From Waterburya sp. (lineage in GTDB: Bacteria > Cyanobacteriota > Cyanobacteriia > Cyanobacteriales > Xenococcaceae): DNA of 64,000 nt. Position 1 is the stretch's first letter, and every line of letters begins with the position of its first letter. Below are positions 20,383 to 30,688 of this stretch, in pieces. Location of the stretch: positions 320,001 to 384,000 of the forward strand of contig CBDCJV010000002.1 of assembly GCA_965217895.1 (NCBI GenBank), in the 5' to 3' direction. The translations under genes and the position numbers were made by a program. The notes beneath the pieces were generated by a model, which saw nothing but the letters and a program-made list of their open reading frames with translations, did no database searches and had not been told where the DNA came from.

Positions 20383-20804
20383 AGTTTAAATAATTAGTAA
20401 CTTCGTGTCAGTTTTTAGTTTCGAGCCAGTTGCTAAAAAAAACAACAATTGTAGTTAGCTAGGTCACACAGAATATCTTTAAGCACTTTTGCTTGAGTCT
20501 CGATCTTATAAATTGATACTATTTTGAAAGAAATATACTAATACACATCACCCGTTACCAAATTTTGGTATAAATTACAAATTAAATACATCAGAATAAC
20601 TTTTAATATTTAACATAACTAGTCCTTTATAACTAATATTTTAGATATTCGACATAAAAAAATTCCAATTGGCAGAGGGTTAATTGTTTTCTAATGTCTT
20701 GATAGTGTTCTATAGCCACAACATAAAGTAAAAAGCTGAAATAATTTTCTTTAATCATTACAAACCGACAGCGATCGCTTTTTCTAATTGATGACACACC
20801 CTAG

Positions 20805-23393
20805 TTACGAGTTCAGAATCAATTGCCGACGATGTACATTAAGTAACTGAAATTCAAGATTAGCAATCTTTTCCAGCATATAAACCAGATTATCTGGCGA
20901 TAGGTTTGTACCATCATTGCGACAGCTACCAGTAAAGTGAATTATTGCTTTGTTACCCTCTTCAGATTCTAAAGAGAGAGAAAACAGGCGATCGCATAAA
21001 TTAACGACTTTTTTATTCCCTGACTTGGTAAATTTTTCCCATAATATTTCTTGACTGTTGTTAATAGCATCTATCCACTTTTCCCAGGTTGCATCTATAT
21101 TTTCTTCTGTCTGTACCGTAATCAAATACTCTGCTTTATCCATCAAACGACTAGCATTCAAAGACTTGGGATCGACATCTTCGACTTGATAAATCGGAAT
21201 ATTCTCTGGTAGCTGGGCAGCTAATTTAGTGCGAAATTCTTCTACATCCATGTCTTCTGTCAATTCAAAATCAACAATTTCACCATTACTAGTAATTCCC
21301 AAAGACAAGGCATTGGCAATAGAAATCTTAGGTCCTGGATGATATCCGCCAGTAAAAGAAATAGGCAAGGCTGAACGACGAATTGCGCGATCAAATAGAC
21401 GAACTAAATCTAGGTGGCTGATTAAGCTCATTTCAGCTATTTTTCCGAACCACATTCTGATTTTTTGTTCTTTGTGCTGATTAGGTTTAAAATGTCCTGC
21501 AAAGTTAGGAATTTCAGGCGGTTTAACAACAATATTGTGTCCGAAATCTGTACCGCAAACACCACAATGAGAACAACCTTCATAGGCGCAGTCAGGCACA
21601 GTAGCAGCGTCTAAAGCTCTCTGCAAGTCTTCTTTTAGCCATTGTTTATCTATCCCTGTATTGATATGATCCCAGGGTAAAGGCGCATCAGTGGCATCGG
21701 CAATAGAGGTCGCTGTATCGGCATCTAAAAATATATTCCATTCACCATCTTCTACCTGACGATATTTCCAGGTTAAATCCGCTTCAGCGATCGCCTGTGA
21801 CCAAGCACCATAGGCTTTATCTAAATTTTCCCACCAGGAATCCATGCCTGCGCCTAATTCCCAAGCCCGTTTGACTACAGAGGCTAAACGGCGATCGCCT
21901 CTACCGACAAAATCTTCCATGGCTGAGATACGCACATCTGTGTAGTTGATTTTTACACCTTTGATACGGCGAAATTCTTCTTTGAGTAATTCTTGTTTGC
22001 GTCGAAACTCACTGGTAGATACGGAGTGCCACTGAAAAGGCGTATGGGGCTTAGGAGTAAAGTTAGAAATAGTAATATTAAAGTTAAGGCGTTTACTACT
22101 AAGCTGACTACACTCACGGCGTAACCAGCGCACCGTTTCAGCAATACCAGCTACATCTACATCAGTTTCTCCAGGTAAACCGATCATGAAATACAGTTTG
22201 ACCTTATTCCAGCCACGGGCAACGGCAGTTTGGATACCTCTGAGTAGTTCTTCGTTAGTTAATCCTTTATTCACTACATCTCGCATTCGCTGTGTACCAG
22301 CTTCGGGGGCAAAGGTTAGCCCAGACTTTCTCAAGCCACCAATGATATCGGCAATGTTGTCATCAAAGCGATCGACTCGCTGGCTAGGCAGAGACAGAGA
22401 TATATTCTCTTCTTGCAAGCGATTTTTGATCTCCATACCCACAGCAGGTAGTGCTAGATAATCAGAGCAACTCAAAGAAAGTAAAGAGAATTCATTATAG
22501 CCAGTGGCACGCATTCCTTTTTCAATTGCATCTACCACTTTGTCTGGTTCAACATCCGTCGCTGGGCGAGTTAACATTCCTGGCTGACAAAAACGACAAC
22601 CACGGGTGCAGCCTCTTCTTATTTCTACCGTAAGGCGATCGTGTACGGTTTCAATAAAGGGAACTAAGCCAATAGAATAGGCAGGAATAGGCGTAGCAAC
22701 CCGACGCAATATACGTTTAGGTACTTTAGGAGTAGTAGGATGAACTGAGCCATCTTGCGCCATTTCATAGAATCTGGGGACGTATACTCCAGGAACTTGC
22801 GCTAGATCTAGCAATAAATCTGCTTTACTTAGTCCTGCTGCCTTAGCCTCTTTGATAACCAAACCAATTTCGGGTAAAAGTTCTTCTCCATCACCCAAAG
22901 CAATAAAGTCAAAGAAATCTGCATAGGGTTCGGGGTTAGAGGTAGCAGTTTGTCCTCCTGCAAAGATCAACGGATAATCCCCTGTCTCTCTTTCCTTCCA
23001 GGTAAGGGGAATATTCGCCAAACTCAGCATTTCTAAAATATTGGTCGCTCCTAACTCATAGCTAAGGCTAAAGCCTAGAATATCAAAGTCTAAAAGCGAT
23101 CGCTTTGATTCTAAAGCAAACAAAGGAGTATTAGTCTCTCTTAACTTAGCTGATAAATCGGGTGCAGGAAGATAAGTGCGATCGCATAACTGCTGAGGTT
23201 GAGCATTAATTATATTGTAGAGAATAATATGACCCAGATTTGATGCCCCTACCTCATAGACTTCAGGATAAGTCAGCACCCAACGCACCTCAGCTTCTGT
23301 CCAAGGCTTATGGACTGCGCCAAGTTCGTTGCCCAAGTATCTGGCTGGCTTAGCTATATTGGCATCAACAAGGTTGTCAAAGGTAAGGGTCAA
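20805..23393 (-). CDS. TIGR03960-type radical SAM protein fused to a TIGR03936-type C-terminal domain
   Basis: KPARYLGNE, RGCTRGCRFC, FAPEAG, CSHCGVC, SHLDL...FTGGYHP; TTG start. Confidence 0.92.
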   Translation of the reverse strand: MTLTFDNLVDANIAKPARYLGNELGAVHKPWTEAEVRWVLTYPEVYEVGASNLGHIILYNIINAQPQQLCDRTYLPAPDLSAKLRETNTPLFALESKRSLLDFDILGFSLSYELGATNILEMLSLANIPLTWKERETGDYPLIFAGGQTATSNPEPYADFFDFIALGDGEELLPEIGLVIKEAKAAGLSKADLLLDLAQVPGVYVPRFYEMAQDGSVHPTTPKVPKRILRRVATPIPAYSIGLVPFIETVHDRLTVEIRRGCTRGCRFCQPGMLTRPATDVEPDKVVDAIEKGMRATGYNEFSLLSLSCSDYLALPAVGMEIKNRLQEENISLSLPSQRVDRFDDNIADIIGGLRKSGLTFAPEAGTQRMRDVVNKGLTNEELLRGIQTAVARGWNKVKLYFMIGLPGETDVDVAGIAETVRWLRRECSQLSSKRLNFNITISNFTPKPHTPFQWHSVSTSEFRRKQELLKEEFRRIKGVKINYTDVRISAMEDFVGRGDRRLASVVKRAWELGAGMDSWWENLDKAYGAWSQAIAEADLTWKYRQVEDGEWNIFLDADTATSIADATDAPLPWDHINTGIDKQWLKEDLQRALDAATVPDCAYEGCSHCGVCGTDFGHNIVVKPPEIPNFAGHFKPNQHKEQKIRMWFGKIAEMSLISHLDLVRLFDRAIRRSALPISFTGGYHPGPKISIANALSLGITSNGEIVDFELTEDMDVEEFRTKLAAQLPENIPIYQVEDVDPKSLNASRLMDKAEYLITVQTEENIDATWEKWIDAINNSQEILWEKFTKSGNKKVVNLCDRLFSLSLESEEGNKAIIHFTGSCRNDGTNLSPDNLVYMLEKIANLEFQLLNVHRRQLILNS

Positions 23394-23480
23394 AACTTAA
23401 ATCTCCTAATGGATCGAGTAATCATCTTAAATATCTACTATATCGAATATCTAGATGCTCTTATCCAAGCAGAAACATAA

Positions 23481-23894
23481 TTAATTACTCATAAAACCAA
23501 AAAATTTGGCTGCACCGCCAAGAATTACTAAAATTAGTCCCACTAGTACGCCACGATTTGTAAACTCTTGGTTACTGACTCTTTTGTCTAACCCGCTTAC
23601 CGTAGCTTCTAAAGCATCAATTTTTCCAGAAAGTCTGTCATCAACTGATTTAATCTGACCAGATAACTTTTCATCGACTGACTTAATTTGACCAGACAAT
23701 TTTTCATCAACTGACTTAATCTGACCAGATAACTTTTCATCAACAGCGTTGATTTTTCCTTCTAGCCTGGCTTGACCAACTTTCAATTCTGTAACGTCGT
23801 CCGTTAGTTTATCTAGCTTGCCATCTAGCTTATCTAGTTTTTGGTCAAACTTAGCAAAGATTTCTTTTAAGTCTGACTCTATTTGAATGCTCAT
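23481..23894 (-). CDS. Coiled-coil protein with C-terminal TM anchor and 11-aa repeats
   Basis: VDEKLSGQIKS repeats; EFTNRGVLVGLILVILGG tail. Confidence 0.8.
   Translation of the reverse strand: MSIQIESDLKEIFAKFDQKLDKLDGKLDKLTDDVTELKVGQARLEGKINAVDEKLSGQIKSVDEKLSGQIKSVDEKLSGQIKSVDDRLSGKIDALEATVSGLDKRVSNQEFTNRGVLVGLILVILGGAAKFFGFMSN
23613..23744 (-). repeat. 33-bp coding tandem repeat x4
   Basis: VDEKLSGQIKS x3 plus VDDRLSGKIDA. Confidence 0.9.
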
Positions 23895-24019
23895 TTATGT
23901 AATTTTGATAATGATAAAAATGAAGAAAACAAAAATCTCTTCGCTGTTTAGTTAAGAATGAATTGCGCTACCTAAACTCCAGTACCATCAACAGCAGAAA
24001 ACTCAAGATGAACTTGTTT

Positions 24020-24370
24020 TTAATTAATATAATATCCTGACACCCTCCATTTGCCGTCTAAGTCTTTCATAGGTGTAACAGTTTCCACAGCAGATGACTT
24101 ATGCTGAAAAGAGGTATTAAATTGAATTACTACATATTCTCCATCAGGTACTCCTGGCAGAGAGGTTTGATATTGCTTTGATTGAACATTTCGAGAAAGC
24201 TTTTGACCGAGGGGATTTTTGACTGAGTTTAAAGATGAACACCATTGTTCTTTAGATACTGCATCTTGAAAATATTTAGCTGCTCGATCCCAACTTTCAG
24301 CATATTTTTCGCGATCTACAAGTTCCAGCCATAATTTCGCTGCTTCTACGGCCGTATTTTCTGCTAACAT
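24020..24370 (-). CDS. DUF4019-family protein
   Basis: WLELVD...YAESW, LPGVPDGEYVVIQF, ETVT...WRVSGY. Confidence 0.85.
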   Translation of the reverse strand: MLAENTAVEAAKLWLELVDREKYAESWDRAAKYFQDAVSKEQWCSSLNSVKNPLGQKLSRNVQSKQYQTSLPGVPDGEYVVIQFNTSFQHKSSAVETVTPMKDLDGKWRVSGYYIN

Positions 24371-24470
24371 CGATCTTTTTTACCTCGCTATGTTTTAAAT
24401 ATATTGATTATAATTTATTGCCAATTTAAATTAAGAGACAGGACCTCGATTATCAATTATCGATTAACTA

Positions 24471-24986
24471 ATGAAGACACTTTACCTATTATGCGGAATG
24501 CCATTTTCGGGAAAAACAACTTTAGGCAAGTCTGTTTCAGAATATTTAAACTCTCTGTATATTAGCCTGGATGAAATCAACGAAGCACGAGGTATTTGCG
24601 GTGGAGAAGGTATTCCAGTCGAGGAATGGGAAAAAACACATTCCCTTGCAATGCAACAATTATAAAGCTTAATGCCGTCGCAGCAAGATATAGTATTAGA
24701 TGATACTAGTTGTTTCCGTTGGTTACGAGACCAATGGCGCAATTTTGTCGAGCAGTATGGCTATCAAACAACAATAGTTTTCTTAGATATTCCACTTGCT
24801 GAAATTAGAAAAAGAATGGAGAAAAATGAGAAGACTCAAGCCAGACACAGCGTAAGACAAGATATTGTTGAAGAGATGGCAAAAACATTTGAACCACCAC
24901 AAGAAGATGAAAGCATTATTAGATATTATGCTAAACAGTCAATTGATGAGTGGATCGCTGAACATTTTGTCAGCAATTTAGATTAA
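24471..24986 (+). pseudogene. AAA_33-like P-loop kinase with one in-frame stop
   Basis: GMPFSGKTT Walker A, ISLD, IVLDD, FEPP; the two listed ORFs share a frame and are split by TAA at 24663-24665. Confidence 0.85.
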
Positions 24987-25067
24987 CTGCAATACTCATC
25001 GAATAACTTTGTTCTCAACCTGGTTTATCATTTAGACTATAATTAGCTAAGTTTACTAAACTAAGTT

Positions 25068-25307
25068 ATGAAGCAAATTAATATTCACGAAGCAAAAACG
25101 AACTTATCTAAGTTGTTAGAAAAAGTAGAGTCTGGAGAGCAAATTATCATTGCCAACCGAGGAGTACCTAAAGCCATACTTAGCAAATATATTGCTGAAG
25201 ACAATTTAGTTCATCATAGTCCTCTAGGTAGATATGCTGGTCAAATTAAAATTAGTGATGATTTTAATGAAGAAGATGAAGACATCAACAATCTCTTTGG
25301 TGTTTAG
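25068..25307 (+). CDS. Phd/YefM-family antitoxin
   Basis: NIHEAKTNLSKLL...GEQIII. Confidence 0.9.
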   Translation: MKQINIHEAKTNLSKLLEKVESGEQIIIANRGVPKAILSKYIAEDNLVHHSPLGRYAGQIKISDDFNEEDEDINNLFGV

Positions 25308-25313
25308 TCAGGA

Positions 25314-25700
25314 ATGAAATGCTTACTAGATACTTGTGCTTGGATTTTTTTACTGACTAATGGCGAGGAATTAAGCGACAGACAAAAAGAGGTGATTTTA
25401 GATTCAAACAACACAATTTACCTGTCTGTTGTTTCCGCTTGGGAAATGGCGATCAAGATCTCAAAAGGAAAACTTAAATTACCCAAATCACTAGATGATT
25501 TAATTTTTGAGTCTTGCATTAAAGATGGATATATAATTCTCGATCTAGATATTTTCAGTGTTTTAAATACCAAAAATTTACCCAATCATCATCGAGATCC
25601 ATTTGATAGAATGCTTATTTCCCAAGCAATCAATCATAATTTAACTATCATTACTACCGACTCAGTATTTCCTCAATATGATGTCAAGTTAATTAAATAA
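25314..25700 (+). CDS. vapC: PIN-domain toxin
   Basis: LLDT, SAWE, HRDPFDRMLI, TTD. Confidence 0.92.
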   Translation: MKCLLDTCAWIFLLTNGEELSDRQKEVILDSNNTIYLSVVSAWEMAIKISKGKLKLPKSLDDLIFESCIKDGYIILDLDIFSVLNTKNLPNHHRDPFDRMLISQAINHNLTIITTDSVFPQYDVKLIK

Positions 25701-25799
25701 CAATACTGCTATTAAGAAAGTCCCAAGATTTGGCTACGTTGCCAAGAATTACTAAAATTAAGCTTACCGATCACCTGCAATTTTAAAAAAGGCAATTTT

Positions 25800-27305
25800 T
25801 TGGTAGAGGAAAATAACAAAACGCGAATCCTAATATTCATGAGTCAATGGCAAGAGGCTTTTCAAAATGCAGTTAAAAATTCCGTAGAGAGTATATTTCA
25901 AATTTTAGAGCTGCCAATAACATTTAATATCTTTATTATCGGTGTTCCTATTGCTACTCAAAATGTTGAGCAAATTTTCTTACAGCCAGAAGATTGTGGA
26001 TTTACTCCCGATAAATTTAAGCAAGTTTTCGACCTGGCAAAAGATACATTTAACAACGATCCCGAACAATTATTTTTTATAGACACTGCACATTTAAATC
26101 AAGTCCATAAAGATTCTCTTTATCCCAAAGCACTACGCAAAGCTGTTCAATCTATTTTAGAAAAACGCGATCGTCATTCGGAACAAATTTCTTTTTGTAG
26201 TTTTCCCCTTCAGAAAAACGAACATTGGATTATGACAGTTATTCAACTTGAGAGACAAGACTTCGATCATCAATATAGATTAACCAAAAAAGAGCATGAG
26301 CTATATTCTATGCGCAAGTACAGAATAGATCGTTGTTTTCTAGAATCAGTAATTTATCGGATTTTAGCAGAAAGTGAATTAGAGCTTCAAAAACCATCGG
26401 CGGAAGAAACTTTTTTATTAGCTAATCCTAAACGAGTTATCGAAGATGCTGCATCCAGTTTACTCAAATCGGTAGAGGTTCACGTCAACCAGTGGAATAG
26501 TGTAGACTTATTATCTTTTGCCAATGCTGTAGCTGCTGAACGTTATGAAGGCGCATTTAGTAAAGGCAGATTAATAATTTGTCCAACTAATCATCCAGAT
26601 ATTTTTACCAAGATTAAATTAAAAGTGCCAATTATGATTGATGACTATAGAGGCATCAGAAAACTGCTCGAAGTCTCTAGCGCTGAGATGGCTTTATTGT
26701 GTGATGTTGAGACTGTCTGGGGGTTTGGAGTTCCACTAGATACGTATCAACCCAGCTTAGAAAATTTATTTGAAATCAGATTTACCGAACACTACACTTG
26801 GGAGTTAGCTCATGCTGAAAATATTATGCTGCGGGTTAAGTATCGAGAACCAAGATTGCCGAGAGAACGTTTTAACAAAGAGCAATTTTATGATTACGTA
26901 TATCGGCTTTTTGAAGTTAACCAAGCAACAGTAGCTAGATTAGTAATAGCTGTTGAGGCAGCGGTAAAACAACGCCATGGCACAATATTAGTTATAACCC
27001 CAGAAGCCGAGCAAGAAACAAAAAGATTAGCTGCTCAAAGCACTGCAATTGACGCAGTAACCGTTACTGAAGAAATGATTTCCCACATATCTAGCATTGA
27101 TGGCGCAATTTTGATGTCTCCTGGTGGTGTTGTACATTCGTTTGGAGTAATACTTGACGGGAAAGCTACTAAAAATGGCAATTCTGCCAGAGGAGCAAGA
27201 TACAATTCTGCTATTCGCTATATTGATGGAGAAAAGGCTCGCAACGTTGATTGTTTGGCTCTTATTGTCTCTGAAGATGGCTATGCCGATCTTTATTCTA
27301 CTTAA
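25800..27305 (+). CDS. Diadenylate cyclase (DAC/DisA_N) domain protein with long N-terminal region
   Basis: HGTILVI, SIDGAI, GVILDG, RGARYNSA, IVSEDG; start could be ATG 25839. Confidence 0.85.
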   Translation: MVEENNKTRILIFMSQWQEAFQNAVKNSVESIFQILELPITFNIFIIGVPIATQNVEQIFLQPEDCGFTPDKFKQVFDLAKDTFNNDPEQLFFIDTAHLNQVHKDSLYPKALRKAVQSILEKRDRHSEQISFCSFPLQKNEHWIMTVIQLERQDFDHQYRLTKKEHELYSMRKYRIDRCFLESVIYRILAESELELQKPSAEETFLLANPKRVIEDAASSLLKSVEVHVNQWNSVDLLSFANAVAAERYEGAFSKGRLIICPTNHPDIFTKIKLKVPIMIDDYRGIRKLLEVSSAEMALLCDVETVWGFGVPLDTYQPSLENLFEIRFTEHYTWELAHAENIMLRVKYREPRLPRERFNKEQFYDYVYRLFEVNQATVARLVIAVEAAVKQRHGTILVITPEAEQETKRLAAQSTAIDAVTVTEEMISHISSIDGAILMSPGGVVHSFGVILDGKATKNGNSARGARYNSAIRYIDGEKARNVDCLALIVSEDGYADLYST

Positions 27306-27332
27306 CCAATAAATAAATAGTATTGATAATTG

Positions 27333-28667
27333 TTAATTGTTCCAGCTATCAAAAAAAGAGTCTTGACTAATGCCTGTTAGACGGCGATATTGAATTACGG
27401 CTTCTGCTTCGCTCAACCCTGCCACAATATCTACAGCCATGCGGGTTTTTTCTTGAGTAATTTGGGTAGGGTTAGCTATATTTTCTTCAATTTCCAGAAA
27501 TTCGCGCACAAAACGAGGGGGAATGAAGCTTAAATCGCGATCGCCAATTGCTCCTAGATAAATGTCAAACAGGGTTTTGATAATTCTTTTTTGTCCGTAT
27601 CTTTGAGTAGCCATGCGGGGATTAGAAATTACGTAAGCCCAAACAATACGCTGAAGAAACTTTAGTTCTTCTTCTCGTTCACGATTATATTTCAAATAAC
27701 CGCGATCGCCATATTTACGGCTCAACTTAACTGACTGGACATAAGTTTGAATTAATTGAGAACTAATCCGTTTAATCTGAGCTTTTTGTTCAAAAGAACC
27801 AGGACGATATTGTCCCTTAAGATTATAGGTAGCATTAAGAAAGCGTTGAAATCGCCGAGTGTCAGCTTTGACTACTTTTGCCACGCGATTATTAGGAAAC
27901 TCCCTCAACCATTCTAAGATAAAACGATCTAGCTCATCTCCATCTGTTGCCAACAACTCTAAAGGAATTAAACCAGCCAAATAAAAATCTTCCAAATCAT
28001 GAACGCTGTAGGTAATATCATCAGCAAAATCCATAATGCTAGCTTCAATTGATTGAGCATCATTAGGTTGGGAGCGAGCAAAATCAAAGGCTGATTGATC
28101 TAAAGTATATATAGAATACTTGCGATGTTTCTTAGAAGTAGGATCGGGCGATCGCAACCAAGGATATTTAAGAACTGCATTTAAGGTAGCTTTAGTCAGA
28201 TTTAAACCATAATAGTCAATCCGATGGATTGCCAATCTAGTCAAGATCCGAAAAGACTGAGCATTGCCTTCAAAACCATCTGCCAAACCTGCCTCTACAG
28301 CGCAAACATCTAATTGTTCTTCGGCGGTGTGTCCAAAGGGAGGATGCCCTAAATCATGAGCCAAGGCAGCAGATTCAACTACATCAGGGTCAACTCCGCC
28401 AATCTTTTCGGCTATATCTGGCTGTTCTGTTGCTAGTCTTTCTGCTAATCGACGGGCTACCTGGGCTACTTTTAGAGAGTGGGTAAGACGGTTATGAAAT
28501 ACATGACCCTCTTGAGAAGTTACTACCTGGGTGATGTGTGCCAAACGTCGAAATGCTGAAGAATACAAAATGCGATCGCGATCAACCTGAAAAGACTTGC
28601 GACTATCTCCTGGTTTATCGCCTCGATTCCCAAAAGGATTATGTTGTCTTTGATGTCTATCCAACAT
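27333..28667 (-). CDS. dgt: dNTP triphosphohydrolase (dGTPase)
   Basis: DRDRI, FRRL, RLTHS, AHDLGHPPFGH, FEGNAQ, DDITYSVHDLED. Confidence 0.93.
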   Translation of the reverse strand: MLDRHQRQHNPFGNRGDKPGDSRKSFQVDRDRILYSSAFRRLAHITQVVTSQEGHVFHNRLTHSLKVAQVARRLAERLATEQPDIAEKIGGVDPDVVESAALAHDLGHPPFGHTAEEQLDVCAVEAGLADGFEGNAQSFRILTRLAIHRIDYYGLNLTKATLNAVLKYPWLRSPDPTSKKHRKYSIYTLDQSAFDFARSQPNDAQSIEASIMDFADDITYSVHDLEDFYLAGLIPLELLATDGDELDRFILEWLREFPNNRVAKVVKADTRRFQRFLNATYNLKGQYRPGSFEQKAQIKRISSQLIQTYVQSVKLSRKYGDRGYLKYNREREEELKFLQRIVWAYVISNPRMATQRYGQKRIIKTLFDIYLGAIGDRDLSFIPPRFVREFLEIEENIANPTQITQEKTRMAVDIVAGLSEAEAVIQYRRLTGISQDSFFDSWNN

Positions 28668-28750
28668 AAATAATCCCTACCATCAAAAAGCGTACTTTCA
28701 TCTAGATAGTACGCTCTAACAAACTTTTTAGCTGCATTTCTGGTAAAAAA

Positions 28751-28966
28751 CTACAAAATCTCTAAATCCCAAGTAGAATTAAATTTAGCTTTTCCCTCTT
28801 CAACTAATCGCCATGCAGCCTCTTTAAGAGTACGATGAGACAGTTTTGATTGACCGCCTAAGTTAAGCCCCAAATCCTGTAGGCTCATGGGCGTTTGTTG
28901 TTCCTTTAGTTGAGTTAATAGTAAGCTTCTTGCTTGTTCTGCTTGTTCGACAGAAGATAATTTCAT
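28751..28966 (-). CDS. Small hypothetical protein, possible winged helix
   Basis: 71-aa ATG ORF; LKEAAWRLVEEGKAKF helix-wing pattern. Confidence 0.6.
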   Translation of the reverse strand: MKLSSVEQAEQARSLLLTQLKEQQTPMSLQDLGLNLGGQSKLSHRTLKEAAWRLVEEGKAKFNSTWDLEIL

Positions 28967-29232
28967 TGCAGGTACTGATCAGATTGATAATTTAGGAGGA
29001 TGTATACTATATGTAGCGGTTAAAGATAATTCTTTTTACTTCAAACTCTATCTATAGTGCCACACATCATTATGCAATAAGATTAGCAAATTTGTACCTT
29101 ATCAGATAAAAGTTTTAACCGTTTCCTGACATTAAACCTTTTTGATGCTATCGAAAGAAACGCACAATACAGTAACGAAGCCAATAAAGTTTTTCATAGG
29201 GCGATCGCGCCTACAGCTTCTATAAATCTTTC

Positions 29233-29340
29233 TTAAACAACATCAATAAATGCTTGAGCTTGACTAACATCACGGTTAGCATAGTACTGAACAGCGTCAG
29301 AATATTCATTCAGAGCTTCTGGGTGAAAAAGGTATTTCAT
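29233..29340 (-). pseudogene. RelE/ParE-family toxin remnant
   Basis: MKYLFHPEALNEYSDAVQYY...FIDVV* ; ATGA overlap with the upstream antitoxin. Confidence 0.75.
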
Positions 29341-29567
29341 TGTTCAAGTATTTGTCTTACTTGAGCTAAAGCCTTATCACCTGGTGTTGTTTGAACAGTT
29401 CTGTTAACGATCTCGTCTCGTCTCTGCTTTGCTTGAGCTATCCAAGCCGATTAAGTTTGTTCGTCTATGTTAAACTCTAGGCTGGCAATGAGTTTTTCTA
29501 CTAATTCAACTTTTAAATTGCTAGGCAATGCCAAAGCATCTCGAGTAATTTTTTCTATCGGTGACAT
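29337..29567 (-). pseudogene. Addiction-module antitoxin (TIGR02574-like) with internal stop
   Basis: MSPIEKITRDALALP...LIASL...EQT*SAWIAQAKQRRDEI...PGDKAL; TAA at 29451-29453. Confidence 0.8.
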
Positions 29568-29710
29568 GGATTTTGTGTTGGCAATCTTTTATATTGATTT
29601 TGATTATCTCATTTCTAAAAAGTTTTTCATACAGCGATCGCCTGAATCTAAGAATTAGACTTGACGTTCAAGACAATCGCTTTTCCCAGTTATCACAAAA
29701 TAATGAGTAC

Positions 29711-29843
29711 GTAACATCCTCTCGCGCCCTATAAGGGCGGAGTTTCTGGTTTTTAGTTTTTAGTACTAATTGACTACTAATGACCAATGACTACGAGCAA
29801 GTACCCCTTTAGGAGTAGGCTTTAAACCCAGAACGATGGTAAC
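29711..29843. repeat. Non-coding repeat, possible IS200/IS605-type remnant with internal heptamers
   Basis: CGCCCTATAAGGGCG hairpin, (G)ACTAAT/ACCAATG heptamers, TACCCCTTTAGGAGTA hairpin. Confidence 0.4.
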
Positions 29844-29848
29844 ATCAG

Positions 29849-30688
29849 TTAATAATTACCTTTAAATACTTCTGTAGCCGAACCAGTCATATACACCTTG
29901 CCATCAGCTTCAGACCAGTCTATTTGCAAGCAGCCTCCTGGTAATTCTACAGTACAGTGGCGATCGCATTTCCCATTTAATACTCCCGCGACTACAGTTG
30001 CACAAGCACCAGTCCCACAGGCTAAGGTAATACCAGCACCTCTTTCCCAAACTCTCATCTTCAGATAGTCCGATCTCACTATCTCAACGAACTCCACATT
30101 AGTTCGCTGCGGAAAAACGGAGTGATGTTCAAATAAAGGTCCAATTTTGGCTAAATCTATGGCTTCGCTATTTTCAACAAATATAATACAGTGAGGATTG
30201 CCCATACTAACTGCTGTAACTGACCAAGAGCGATCGCCAACTGTTAAAGATTGAGCCACAACTTTGTCGTCAGAAGAATTTAAGGTTGTAGGAATTTTGG
30301 CGGCTGCTAGCTGGGGTTTTCCCATGTCAACCGTAACTTCTCCATTGTTTTCAAGTTTAGGTATAATTTCCCCTGCTAGAGTATTAATTCTGTAAGATTT
30401 ATTAATTCTTGCGTTTCCCTCAAGATCGGCGATAAACTTAGCTAGACAGCGGATACCATTGCCACACATCTCTGGTTCTGAACCGTCGCAATTATAAATT
30501 CTCATGGCGTATTCTGTATCTTCTTTGCCTGGCAAGGCGAAAATAACCCCATCTGCACCAATGCCAAAATGGCGATCGCACATTTTAGCTGCTTGTTCGG
30601 GAGTGACTATGGGTTTGGTGGCATGACGATTATCAATCAAAATAAAATCATTGCCTAATCCCTGATATTTGCTAAACTCGATTACCAT
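29849..30688 (-). CDS. dapF: Diaminopimelate epimerase
   Basis: KYQGLGNDF, EMCGNGIRC, SMGNPH, ERGAGITLACGTG; start reset to MVIEF. Confidence 0.97.
   Translation of the reverse strand: MVIEFSKYQGLGNDFILIDNRHATKPIVTPEQAAKMCDRHFGIGADGVIFALPGKEDTEYAMRIYNCDGSEPEMCGNGIRCLAKFIADLEGNARINKSYRINTLAGEIIPKLENNGEVTVDMGKPQLAAAKIPTTLNSSDDKVVAQSLTVGDRSWSVTAVSMGNPHCIIFVENSEAIDLAKIGPLFEHHSVFPQRTNVEFVEIVRSDYLKMRVWERGAGITLACGTGACATVVAGVLNGKCDRHCTVELPGGCLQIDWSEADGKVYMTGSATEVFKGNY

Noticed and set aside
20805..23393. Radical SAM as a RiPP maturase
   Set aside because: Matches a widespread conserved fusion; no precursor peptide or SPASM-type context seen.
29467..29658. Plus-strand 63-aa ORF
   Set aside because: Shadow of the antitoxin pseudogene on the minus strand.
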